From contig CAVWVQ010000003.1 of NCBI GenBank assembly GCA_963758525.1, positions 2,144,001 through 2,208,000 on the forward strand: a stretch of DNA of 64,000 nucleotides. Reading direction: 5' to 3'. Below the pieces are notes generated by a model. It was not told the DNA's origin, did not search any database, and worked only from the letters and a program-made list of their open reading frames with translations. Source of the stretch: an uncultured Phycisphaerales bacterium. GTDB lineage: Bacteria > Planctomycetota > Phycisphaerae > Tepidisphaerales > Tepidisphaeraceae. This document shows positions 55,037-64,000 of the stretch, piece after piece (within the stretch, counting starts at the first letter, position 1; the number at the start of each line of letters is the position of its first letter). Made by a program: the position numbers and the translations under genes.

Positions 55037-55717
55037 ATGAATCGATTCACAGCCATCTTTTGCGCCGGTGCGCTGGCGCTTGCAGCCGGTCTTCTCTCCG
55101 GCGGGTGTCAAAAGGGCGATGCCGGCGATGGCGGCACGAAGGTTGCCGTCTACGATATCGACCGCGTTGCCCACGATTTGGGTTGGGCAACCGACATGCA
55201 GTCGAATATGGACGGGCTGAAAAAGAAGTTCGAGGAAGATCTCGCCCACTCGAAGGAGCAATACACCCAGCAGATCATCAATCAAAAAAAGCAGTGGGCG
55301 CCCAAGGATACCGACAAGCTTACGCCCGATCAGCAGCAGATTCTCAATTCCATGAACTCCTACGCCAGCCAGGTGCTCAATCAGCTCAATCAGAACGGCG
55401 TGCAGCAACTGGGAGCCTATCGGCAGCAGTGGATCATTCAGTATCACCAGGCACTGCGCCCGATTCTCGAACAGGTGGCCGAAGAGCGGAAACTGGCGAT
55501 GATATTTGAGAAGAATGACTCGATTCAGTACAGCCAGCCCTCGTCCGACATTACCGATGCGATCACCGACGCCGCCCGGGCGCACCCACCGGTCATCAAT
55601 CCCGTCCAGGTGCCGCAGTTGCCCAATCCGGGTCCGATGACGATCAAGTGGCCTGATACGCAGCCGACGTCCAAGCCGGCGCAACCCGCCGCGCCTGCGG
55701 CTCCCGCGCCGCAATAA
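55037..55717 (+). CDS. OmpH/Skp family protein, lipoprotein-like
   Basis: Leader ending LSGGC, VAVYDIDRV, Gln-rich coiled coil, VAEERKLAMIF...DITDAI. Confidence 0.75.
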   Translation: MNRFTAIFCAGALALAAGLLSGGCQKGDAGDGGTKVAVYDIDRVAHDLGWATDMQSNMDGLKKKFEEDLAHSKEQYTQQIINQKKQWAPKDTDKLTPDQQQILNSMNSYASQVLNQLNQNGVQQLGAYRQQWIIQYHQALRPILEQVAEERKLAMIFEKNDSIQYSQPSSDITDAITDAARAHPPVINPVQVPQLPNPGPMTIKWPDTQPTSKPAQPAAPAAPAPQ

Positions 55718-55762
55718 GCCGGGGCGCGGGCCGGAATTTCGCGGTTCAATCCCCATGAAACC

Positions 55763-57904
55763 ATGATAGTCCGGGACAAGCTCACGTCCGTGCTGGCCGC
55801 GGCGGACGACGCGCCGTATTTCCCTTCCGACGCGTACGAACAACGCCTGGGTCTCTTCCTGGTCCGCGGCGCCGCGCTAGTTCTCCTTGCGGTGATGGCC
55901 CACCTGCTGGGAATCGAGTCTCCCTGGATCTGGACGGATCATCGCGCCATCGCCGACAACATTCTGCTCCACTCGGCGCGCGGAATGGCCCAGTTCTGGT
56001 TTCATCCGTTTGCCACCGGCCGCACTCCGCTGGGAGGGACGCTGCTCTACTTGCAGTATCTTGCTCCAGCGATGCTGGCGCCCGCCGCCATCTATCACCT
56101 CACGACGCTGCTGGCCCATGCCGGAAACTGCCTGCTGGTCTGGGTGATTCTCAGGCGTCTGCAAACGCCCGGGGCCTGGCTCGCCGCCGCGATCTTTGCC
56201 GTGCATCCGATCGAAGTGCAGTCGATCGGCTGGGCGAGCCGCCAGGCCGATGTCCTGGGCGCGACCGCCGGACTCGCGTCTCTGCTCTGCTTCCTGAAGT
56301 TGAAGGAGATTCATCCTCCCGCTCCGCCGGATTTTGGCGTGGCGCCGCCAAACGAAAGGCGCCTGCGCATCACGATGACCCTGCTGTTCGTCGCGGCGGC
56401 GTTGTTCCAGCCGTCGATCGTCACCCTCGCCGGCGTCTTCCCGCTGATCCTCTGGTGGAAGCGCGGCAAGGTCGAGCGGGAAGACCTGACGGAGCTCGCT
56501 CCCATCCTTGCGTTTGCCGGGCTGCTGGCCGCCATCGGGCTGGTCTACCCCGAGTTTCACCACGAGGGAGGGCCTGCCGCCGCCCTCAATCCGCTCGATC
56601 GGCTCATCGTCTCCGGCCGCGCGGTCTGGTTCTACGTCGAAACCATCCTCTGCCCGCAACCCCTGCTGTTCGTCTACCCGCGGTGGGAACTCACCGGCGA
56701 CCTATGGATGTTGGTCTTCTCGCTGGCGCTGGCGGCGGTAATCACCGCGATGTGGCGCACGCGCAATCGGCTCGGCTCGGGGCCGCTGGTGGCGGTCGCC
56801 GCTTTTATCATTCTGATCCTGCCGCATCTTCCCTTCGTGCGTTCCGAGTGGATGGGCTACACCTTTGTCGCCGACCATTTGCAATATCTCCCGGGCATGC
56901 CCCTCATCGCCCTGTTCGCCGCCAGTTTGACACGATTGGCAGACCTGATTCGGTGGATTCCCCTCCGGCGCGGCGCGCGGCTCGCGGGGATAGGGCTGGT
57001 CGTCGCGGGGCTCGGCACCCTCGCCGTCTTCAACACCCTGATCTATGCCAGCGAAGTTGCGGTCTGGAAGTACACGCTCGAGAATGACCCCCTGTCGCTC
57101 ACGGCGCGGGCAGTTCTCTCGGAGTATTATCTGCGGCTTGGCAAGCTCACCAGCGCCGATCAATTCCGCTGGAACGTCCTGGATCGAATCGAGCGGATGA
57201 CAAGCCACGGCGGCGCCGACGCCGGCGCGACCGTCATGATCCAGATGTCGCGCGCCTCCTTCTTCGAATCGCAGCAGCAATACACTCAGGCAGCGAAAAT
57301 CTACCGGCAGGTGCTCTCGATCGATCCCCGCAACCATGAAGCGGCGATCCGACTGGCCCTGGCATACAAGCGGAGCGGCGACGTCGCCAACGCCCTGCGC
57401 AGTTTCGCGGACGCGGCTCTCCACTACCCCACCGACGACGCGCTGCTCAACGAATACGGCCTCGCCCTCGTCGAGAGCGGCCGAATCGACGACGGCATCG
57501 AGAAATACCGCGACGCCATCCGCCTGAATTACAATTTTGTCGCCGCCCATCTCAATCTGAGCAACGCCCTCTTCGCCCAGGGCAAATTCCCGGAGGCGGC
57601 CGAGCAGCTGCACATTGCCGTGCAGATCGACCCGCGCAGCTTCGAGGCGTTCATGAACGCCGGGATCATGCTCGCCAATCTGAAAAACTACCCTGCCGCC
57701 GAACGCCAGTTCAAGGCCGCCGTCCAACTCCACCCCGACTCCGCCGAGGCCCGCGACGACCTCGGCGTCAGCCTGGCCGCACAGGGATACCTCGACGAGG
57801 CGATTGACAACTTCATCCAGGCCATCCGCCTCAAGCCCGATTTCCAACACGCACGCGATGACCTCGCCAGAGCCCAGGCCGAGCGCGACGCGAAACGGCA
57901 CTGA
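55763..57904 (+). CDS. TMTC-like multi-TM protein with TPR repeats (GT-C fold, putative)
   Basis: YHLTTLLAH, AAAIFAVHPIEVQSIGW, ADHLQYLP, several TPRs at C-terminus. Confidence 0.82.
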   Translation: MIVRDKLTSVLAAADDAPYFPSDAYEQRLGLFLVRGAALVLLAVMAHLLGIESPWIWTDHRAIADNILLHSARGMAQFWFHPFATGRTPLGGTLLYLQYLAPAMLAPAAIYHLTTLLAHAGNCLLVWVILRRLQTPGAWLAAAIFAVHPIEVQSIGWASRQADVLGATAGLASLLCFLKLKEIHPPAPPDFGVAPPNERRLRITMTLLFVAAALFQPSIVTLAGVFPLILWWKRGKVEREDLTELAPILAFAGLLAAIGLVYPEFHHEGGPAAALNPLDRLIVSGRAVWFYVETILCPQPLLFVYPRWELTGDLWMLVFSLALAAVITAMWRTRNRLGSGPLVAVAAFIILILPHLPFVRSEWMGYTFVADHLQYLPGMPLIALFAASLTRLADLIRWIPLRRGARLAGIGLVVAGLGTLAVFNTLIYASEVAVWKYTLENDPLSLTARAVLSEYYLRLGKLTSADQFRWNVLDRIERMTSHGGADAGATVMIQMSRASFFESQQQYTQAAKIYRQVLSIDPRNHEAAIRLALAYKRSGDVANALRSFADAALHYPTDDALLNEYGLALVESGRIDDGIEKYRDAIRLNYNFVAAHLNLSNALFAQGKFPEAAEQLHIAVQIDPRSFEAFMNAGIMLANLKNYPAAERQFKAAVQLHPDSAEARDDLGVSLAAQGYLDEAIDNFIQAIRLKPDFQHARDDLARAQAERDAKRH

Positions 57905-58109
57905 CGCCCTCCGTTCATTCATTCAGACGCCAGCCTCGCTGGCAAAGCTTTTCGCGGAACTGCGGAAGGCCTGTTCAGCGAAAAACGGGGACTTGCGTGG
58001 CGCAGAACGCTGGTCCCAATGAGGGCGCTGATTTGCCGCCCGGTGGTTCCGCCTCTACAATCGGCTGTTGGGAAAGTTGCGCGGCGGCGCCGCAGTCGAG
58101 AGTTCTCCG

Positions 58110-58337
58110 ATGCAGATGGTGAAAATTCGGATCATTGATGGCGAGAAGCGAGCTGACGCGCTCCTGGCGTTGATGCGCCGTGGCCGGGTTGTCTGCTTCC
58201 CCGATAACGTCTTCATCGTGCCTGAGCCAGGACTGACCCTTCTCCAGGGGATGGCGGTTTCATTTGAAGAGCTTGGCCGGGGGGGAATCGATTATGCCGA
58301 GAAGGCGTTACGAGATTCTGTTACCGCTCCGGCATAA
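58110..58337 (+). CDS. Small hypothetical protein A (75 aa) of overlapping two-gene module
   Basis: MQMVKIRIIDGEKRADALLALMRRGRVVCFPDNVFIVPEPGLTLL...; similar to 540..762. Confidence 0.7.
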   Translation: MQMVKIRIIDGEKRADALLALMRRGRVVCFPDNVFIVPEPGLTLLQGMAVSFEELGRGGIDYAEKALRDSVTAPA

Positions 58338-58608
58338 CGATGGCCGTCCCATGGAGGCCGAAAGGTTCGATCAGACCCGCCAAGATTTGATTCTCCGCTT
58401 TGGAGCTGTCTCTTTTCATCCCAATTCGATTTTTGGCATTTGGGTCCACGAGGGAACCCGATACGAGGATGAACTGATCCGCTTGGTGGTCGATGTCGAA
58501 GATGCGCCGGAAACCCGGCGGTATTTTGTTGAGTGGAAGCCAACGCTTTTGGAGCGGTTCGAACAGATCGAGATCTATATTGCCTCGTACCCCATCGATA
58601 TCCTGTAG
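58294..58608 (+). CDS. Small hypothetical protein B (104 aa) of overlapping two-gene module
   Basis: MPRRRYEILLPLRHNDG...RFGAVS...GIW...VDVED...RFEQIEIY; similar to 271..589. Confidence 0.82.
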   Translation: MPRRRYEILLPLRHNDGRPMEAERFDQTRQDLILRFGAVSFHPNSIFGIWVHEGTRYEDELIRLVVDVEDAPETRRYFVEWKPTLLERFEQIEIYIASYPIDIL

Positions 58609-59070
58609 CGAGGAAACGCAGAACACGACGCCGGGGTGGTCGGATCGGTCTCGGTCAGATGGTTGTCAGCGGGCGCTGCGGCCGTGTTCGGCTGCGACGT
58701 TGCGGCCTGCGCCGGAGCCGTATCAGGAGAAACGGTCGCTTGCGTGGTTGCCGGCACTGGTCCGCCAAGCCCGGGCGGCTGCGCAAGCGAGGCGCCGGCG
58801 CAAACCGGCAGAAGGAGAACTCGCGTCAGCGATTTGCCCGCGGGGAAGACCGATTTGCCGCGCATAAAGATCCCCATCTGTCGACTTTCGATCGAACGGG
58901 AAAGTCCATCGTAGCGACCGGCCGGCACGGTTCCAGCAGGCGCTTTTTGTCAGGCGCTTTCGTCGACCCGTGTCTTCTTCTCTCATAGAGTTGCGGCGAA
59001 TAGCTGCTATTCGCCGCAATTTTTGCGGCGAATATCTTGATCGGGCCGGGAGTGCTCTTATAATCGGCTC

Positions 59071-60177
59071 GTGCAGCGACGAACGAAATACATTCACCAA
59101 CGGGCCGATTGGCCCCAGCTCACCTGGGAAGACGCCGCGCTCTCTTCGGTGCTGGCGGACGTACGCCATCAGCAGGGCCGGCTGCTGGGCAGGATGGAGG
59201 CGCTGGGTTTTGATCTTCAGTCGGAAGCAAGCCTTGCGGTCATCACCAGCGACGTCGTGAAGTCGTCGGCCATTGAAGGGGAGATTTTCGACTCCGACGA
59301 AGTGCGGTCGTCCATCGCCCGGAGGCTCGGATTGCCGGAGGCAGGACTGAAAAAGGGGTCGCGCGATGTTGAGGGCGTGGTCGAGATGATGCTTGATGCG
59401 ACGCAGCGCTTCCACTCGCCGCTGACCAAAAGACGGCTGTTCGCCTGGCACGCCTCGCTGTTCCCGACCGCCCGCACCGGCATGGGGCGCATCGCGGTCG
59501 GAGGGTGGCGGAGCGGGCCGATGCAGGTGATCTCAGGGCGTTACGGGCGCGAGACGGTGCATTTCGAAGCGCCCGAGGCAGGCCGTCTGGAAGCGGAAAT
59601 GAGGCGATTCATTGACTGGTTCAATCTCCCGAGTGCAACCGACCCGGTTCTCCAAGCTGGGATCGCGCATTTTTGGTTCGTGACGATCCACCCCTTCGAG
59701 GACGGCAACGGGCGCATCGCCCGGGCCATCGCCGACATGGCGCTGGCACGCGCCGACCGAACCACGAACCGCTTCTACAGCATGTCGTCTGAAATTGAGG
59801 CTCGGCGGAAGGACTACTACTTCCAACTCGAAGCTTCCCAGCGTGGCGATGTGAATATCACACGATGGTTGGGCTGGTTCCTGGCCTGCCTCGGCAGCGC
59901 CATCAATAGCGCCGAACAAACGCTCGCAGCCGTGCAGTACAAGGCCAGGTTGTGGCAGCGCATCAACCGCGCTCCGGTGAACGATCGGCAGCGGCTGGTC
60001 ATCAACCGCATGCTCAACGGGTTTGTCGGCTTCCTCTCAACCTCGAAGTATGCCAAGCTTGCAAAATGTTCGACAGACACGGCTCTGCGCGACATCGGGG
60101 AACTGCTCGAGCGCGGCATCCTCGTGCAAAATTCCGGCGGCGGGCGAAGCACGAGCTATCGGCTTGCCGAGGTGTGA
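59071..60177 (+). CDS. Fic family protein with N-terminal DUF4172 and C-terminal HTH
   Basis: YIHQRADWP, SSAIEGE, HPFEDGNGRIAR, KCSTDTALRDI, GGRSTSY. Confidence 0.93.
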   Translation: MQRRTKYIHQRADWPQLTWEDAALSSVLADVRHQQGRLLGRMEALGFDLQSEASLAVITSDVVKSSAIEGEIFDSDEVRSSIARRLGLPEAGLKKGSRDVEGVVEMMLDATQRFHSPLTKRRLFAWHASLFPTARTGMGRIAVGGWRSGPMQVISGRYGRETVHFEAPEAGRLEAEMRRFIDWFNLPSATDPVLQAGIAHFWFVTIHPFEDGNGRIARAIADMALARADRTTNRFYSMSSEIEARRKDYYFQLEASQRGDVNITRWLGWFLACLGSAINSAEQTLAAVQYKARLWQRINRAPVNDRQRLVINRMLNGFVGFLSTSKYAKLAKCSTDTALRDIGELLERGILVQNSGGGRSTSYRLAEV

Positions 60178-60273
60178 TCGCTGGGGTTCCGACAAAGGAT
60201 CATTCAATCGTGAGTCGACGCGCGCCTTGGCGACAGATGCAAGAGCCCGTTGGCTCCCCGCTGCGTATGCTCT

Positions 60274-61754
60274 TCATGGGCCGCCTTCGCTGAGCATCTT
60301 CACGTGATTCAAGACTCTGATGTGAATCCGGTGAATGATGAAATCCGACCAGAGCCGCCAGTATTCGGCCGGCCACATGTGATGCTGATACCACGTGGTG
60401 CCCTCGAGACGGGTGCGGCCCCCGGGGAGTGCGACCAGGCGAAATTGGCCGCCTTGCGACACCAAAAAATTCTCCAGGTGCGGCGGGTGGATGTCGTGCC
60501 ATGGGCTCCATTCCTTCATCGGTGGCGGATTCGACGCGACATCGAATTTGAGCAACTTCGGCTCGTCCCAGACGCGGATCGGTTCGACGAACGGGCCGGT
60601 GGAAAAGACGCAAAAACGCACCGCGCCCACGCCATGGCCGCTGATCTGTGCGCGGATCGGGTAGGCAACGCCGGTGCGGAAGATCCAGTCGGTGGGCGGG
60701 GGAATTTCCCGGAACCCGATCACATTCGCCCAGACGCGGCTCGGCGGCGCTTCGATTTCGACGGACGTGGTGACCGAATAGACCGGTGCCGGCGGTTGGG
60801 TCAACCGCTCGGCGCCGGTAAATAGCGGAAGGAAGCACAGCATGAGCAGCACGACGCGGCGCGCGTCCGCAATCCCGGTCGGGCGCATTGCGGCCATCGA
60901 CGCGCCAACCGCGGCTCCGAGCATCGCGAGCGGGTACGCCAGGGCGCAGCCATGATCAGGCATCCCGCCCCTTCAAATGCGATGAACAGGAGCAACACGC
61001 CGTAAGCGGTGAGGGACAGACACGCGACGCCGATGCACCCTCGCAGCCCGCGCGGCGTACGAGCCGCATAGAGCGCGGAAGACATCAACCCGATTGCGAA
61101 CGGCACCCCGACAAAGACGCCCCACCCATAATTCAAGAACCAGTGGATCGAAACGAACGTCGCCGCAAGTGCGATCGGCACCGGCAGCAATATCGCCAGT
61201 GCCTTGGCCGCGCCCGGATCAACCGGCAGAATGCGGTCGAACCACGGCTCCCGTTGCAAGGCATCGCGGCCGTAGTCGAGTACCGGTGCGACTGCGCCCC
61301 CAGAAGCGCAAGGCGCCTCGTTCCCAGGGGCGACCGCAGCGAGCGGAGGATCACGACGACTCGGCGTGCCGACCAGAACGACAAAGAGCGCGAGATTGAT
61401 CCCCGGGACGAAAAACAGCAGCGTCCAACCGGCGGACAAGCCGACCGCACGCAATCGCATCGCCGTCAGAGAGACCCCCGCGTAGATGAACGGAAGCGCG
61501 ATCAGGAGCATCGTGAGATAGAACGCCCGGTCGCCTCCACCGCCGAACAGCAGCGCCAACGAAGATCCCGGGGCAATATATTCTGCCGGCGACCACGACC
61601 GCCCGAACACCAGCCGCGACATCGACCAATCCGTCAGAAACTTCACGGCCAGCAGAACTGCGCCGAACGCGACATAGGGAATGCGGTCAATCGCTCCTCT
61701 GCAACGCAACAGCTTTCCGAGCGGGATGATCATCGCGCGGGATTGTAGCGGCAC
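60274..61754 (-). CDS. DUF805-containing membrane protein fused to SRPBCC domain; frameshift near 60945
   Basis: GAIDR..Y, RLRAVG, FVPGIN; EGAGCLIMAAP; TTSVEIEAPPSRVW, GVGAVRFCVFSTGPFVEPI. Confidence 0.78.
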
Positions 61755-61818
61755 AAGGGGACATTCTCGGCGTTAGTGATTTGTTCGCTATCTCGATCGG
61801 CGTTGCTAAAATGAGAAG

Positions 61819-62907
61819 ATGGCAGCCGCTGGCTCCAACATCTCGCTTGCCGTTCATGGCCGGGGCGCTGGGCTCAACCCGGCGAATCGTTTCGAGCCGA
61901 TCGCGTTTGAATTGGATGGCGATGCGCTCGACGCGCTTGCTCCCGACGAACGACCCGCGCCCACGACTCAATTTCTCCGCGACACCTCGAAGACCATTAT
62001 CGCCCACAACGACAGCCCCGACGTCGGCTTCAGCGACAGCATCAATGCCTACCGCGGCTGCGAGCACGGCTGCATTTACTGTTACGCCCGGCCCTCGCAT
62101 GAATACCTCAGCTTCTCGGCGGGTTTGGACTTTGAAACCAAGATCATGGTCAAGGAGCACGCTCCGCAGTTGCTGCGGGAGGCGATGATGGCGCCGAAGT
62201 ATCGGCCGACGACGCTGACGATGAGCGGCGTGACGGACTGCTATCAGCCGATCGAACGCAAACTCCGGCTGACGCGCGGCTGCCTGGAGGTAATGCTGGA
62301 GTTCGGCAACCCCGCGGCCATCATCACCAAGAATCATCTGGTGACGCGCGACATCGATCTGCTCTCCCAACTCGCGAAGCTCGATGCGGCAATCGTCCTC
62401 GTATCCGTCACCACGCTCGATCACGAGCTGGCCCGGAAGATGGAGCCGCGTACCAGCGCGCCGCGACGCCGATTGGCGGCGATTCGGGAGCTGAACGATG
62501 CCGGAATACCGGTCGGAGTGATGGTCGCACCGGTGATTCCCGGGCTGACGGATCATGAGATGCCCGCGATTCTCAAAGCCGCCGCGGACGCGGGCGCTCG
62601 CTGCGCGGCGTTCACCCCGGTTCGATTGCCGGGCGCTGTTGCTCCGCTGTTCGAGCAGTGGCTCACCGATCATTTTCCCGGCCGCAGGGAGAAGGTGCTC
62701 AATCGCATCCGCTCGATCCGCGGAGGAAAGTTGAACGATCCGAATTTCGGGAGCCGGATGAAAGGGCAGGGACCGTGGGCCGAGCAATTGAAAGCCATGT
62801 TCGACATCGCCAAGCGCAAGGCCGGGATCACCGGCGGTTTTCCCGAGCTTTCCGTAGCTCACTTTCGACGGCCCGGCGGGCCGCAGATGGAATTGTTTCC
62901 GCAGTAG
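61819..62907 (+). CDS. PA0069 family radical SAM protein (SplB-related)
   Basis: GRGAGLNPANRF, YRGCEHGCIYCYARPSHEY, TDCYQPIE. Confidence 0.93.
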   Translation: MAAAGSNISLAVHGRGAGLNPANRFEPIAFELDGDALDALAPDERPAPTTQFLRDTSKTIIAHNDSPDVGFSDSINAYRGCEHGCIYCYARPSHEYLSFSAGLDFETKIMVKEHAPQLLREAMMAPKYRPTTLTMSGVTDCYQPIERKLRLTRGCLEVMLEFGNPAAIITKNHLVTRDIDLLSQLAKLDAAIVLVSVTTLDHELARKMEPRTSAPRRRLAAIRELNDAGIPVGVMVAPVIPGLTDHEMPAILKAAADAGARCAAFTPVRLPGAVAPLFEQWLTDHFPGRREKVLNRIRSIRGGKLNDPNFGSRMKGQGPWAEQLKAMFDIAKRKAGITGGFPELSVAHFRRPGGPQMELFPQ

Positions 62908-63140
62908 CGAAATGCCCCTTGCGCTCTCCACGAATACTCGCTCCGCTGCGCGTCGCGGCTAACCGGTAAGGTCCTGCTCGCGGAAAATTCGTTGCCGGTT
63001 GCGAGTTGCCGATGGACGATATACGCTTCGTAACGGATGAGGCGAATGCCTCCGCTCGGCCTGATGGCGGTTGCCGTGGTGAGGATTCTCCTTATAATCC
63101 CACACCCCGCCCGACGCGGGTTTCGTTTCAGGAGTAGAAG

Positions 63141-63401
63141 ATGGCCCACATTATTGCCCAGCCGTGCATCGGCACGAAAGACACCGCTTGCGTGACGGTC
63201 TGCCCGGTCGATTGCATCCATCCCACGAAGGACGAGGGGGAATTCGCCGCCGCCGAGATGCTGTACATCGATCCGGACACCTGCATCGACTGCGGCCTGT
63301 GCGTGGATGAATGTCCGGTAACCGCCATCTTTCCCCAGGAAGATCTGCCCGCCGAGTGGGCATCTTTCATCGAGAAGAACGCCGCCTACTATAAGAAGTA
63401 A
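63141..63401 (+). CDS. Ferredoxin (dicluster, FdxA-like)
   Basis: CIGTKDTACVTVCPVDCI and CIDCGLCVDECP; AGGAG RBS. Confidence 0.95.
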   Translation: MAHIIAQPCIGTKDTACVTVCPVDCIHPTKDEGEFAAAEMLYIDPDTCIDCGLCVDECPVTAIFPQEDLPAEWASFIEKNAAYYKK

Positions 63402-63435
63402 CACACACTGCGGGATCCCCTAAGGAATTTCGAAG

Positions 63436-63466
63436 TCGGGTTCGAAACGTTCGAGCCCGATTTTTT
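63436..63466 (+). terminator. Intrinsic terminator after ferredoxin
   Basis: tcgggttcgaa-acg-ttcgagcccga hairpin followed by T6. Confidence 0.75.
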
Positions 63467-63551
63467 ATTCACCGATGAGCCATTCGGGATGACTTCTTCC
63501 CTTGACGCGCCTGCGCCCGCAGTTAAATGCCGCCACTTTGCCCGGAGGACT

Positions 63552-63920
<369 letters not shown>

Positions 63921-63949
63921 TTCCGAATTGCCGACGATCTGAATGTTGC

Positions 63950-63977
63950 AGGGCGCCTCCGGGCGCCCTTTTCTTTG
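63950..63977 (+). terminator. Intrinsic terminator
   Basis: agggcgcc-tccg-ggcgccct hairpin followed by T-rich tract. Confidence 0.7.
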
Positions 63978-64000
63978 ACGTGGCACTTCGCACAAAGAAC

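Overview
High-GC bacterial chromosome segment. The gene content (PEP-CTERM/exosortase, Uma2, TMTC-like TPR protein, REP families) suggests Planctomycetota, probably Phycisphaerae; this is inference only. About ten genes are split by 1-2 nt indels, so the assembly is probably unpolished long-read. Left part: partial GrpB, a 3D-domain protein, a PAS-GGDEF-EAL gene overlapped by an orphan group 1h-type [NiFe]-hydrogenase small subunit, an IS1202-family element with a 16-bp target duplication, trpG/pabA, a CopZ-like protein, uvrD/pcrA, DUF488, carB carrying an in-frame palindromic insert, a transglutaminase-like gene, a decayed antitoxin-Doc pair, an FAA hydrolase, an IS5 element, proB and ribBA. 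Centre (about 24-58 kb): a large Wzx/Wzy-type glycan cluster (GT4s, GT2, three FkbM, two OafA acyltransferases, WecA-GT4 fusion, O-antigen ligase-TPR, Wzc) joined to a PEP-CTERM protein, TPR protein and exosortase, with a divergent Skp-like and TMTC-like pair. Right part: Fic/DUF4172, DUF805-SRPBCC, PA0069 radical SAM, ferredoxin and an acidic protein. The two best candidates for undescribed systems are (1) the orphan hydrogenase small subunit coupled to a c-di-GMP enzyme and (2) a small overlapping two-gene module present in two diverged copies 57 kb apart. No rRNA, tRNA or CRISPR array was seen.
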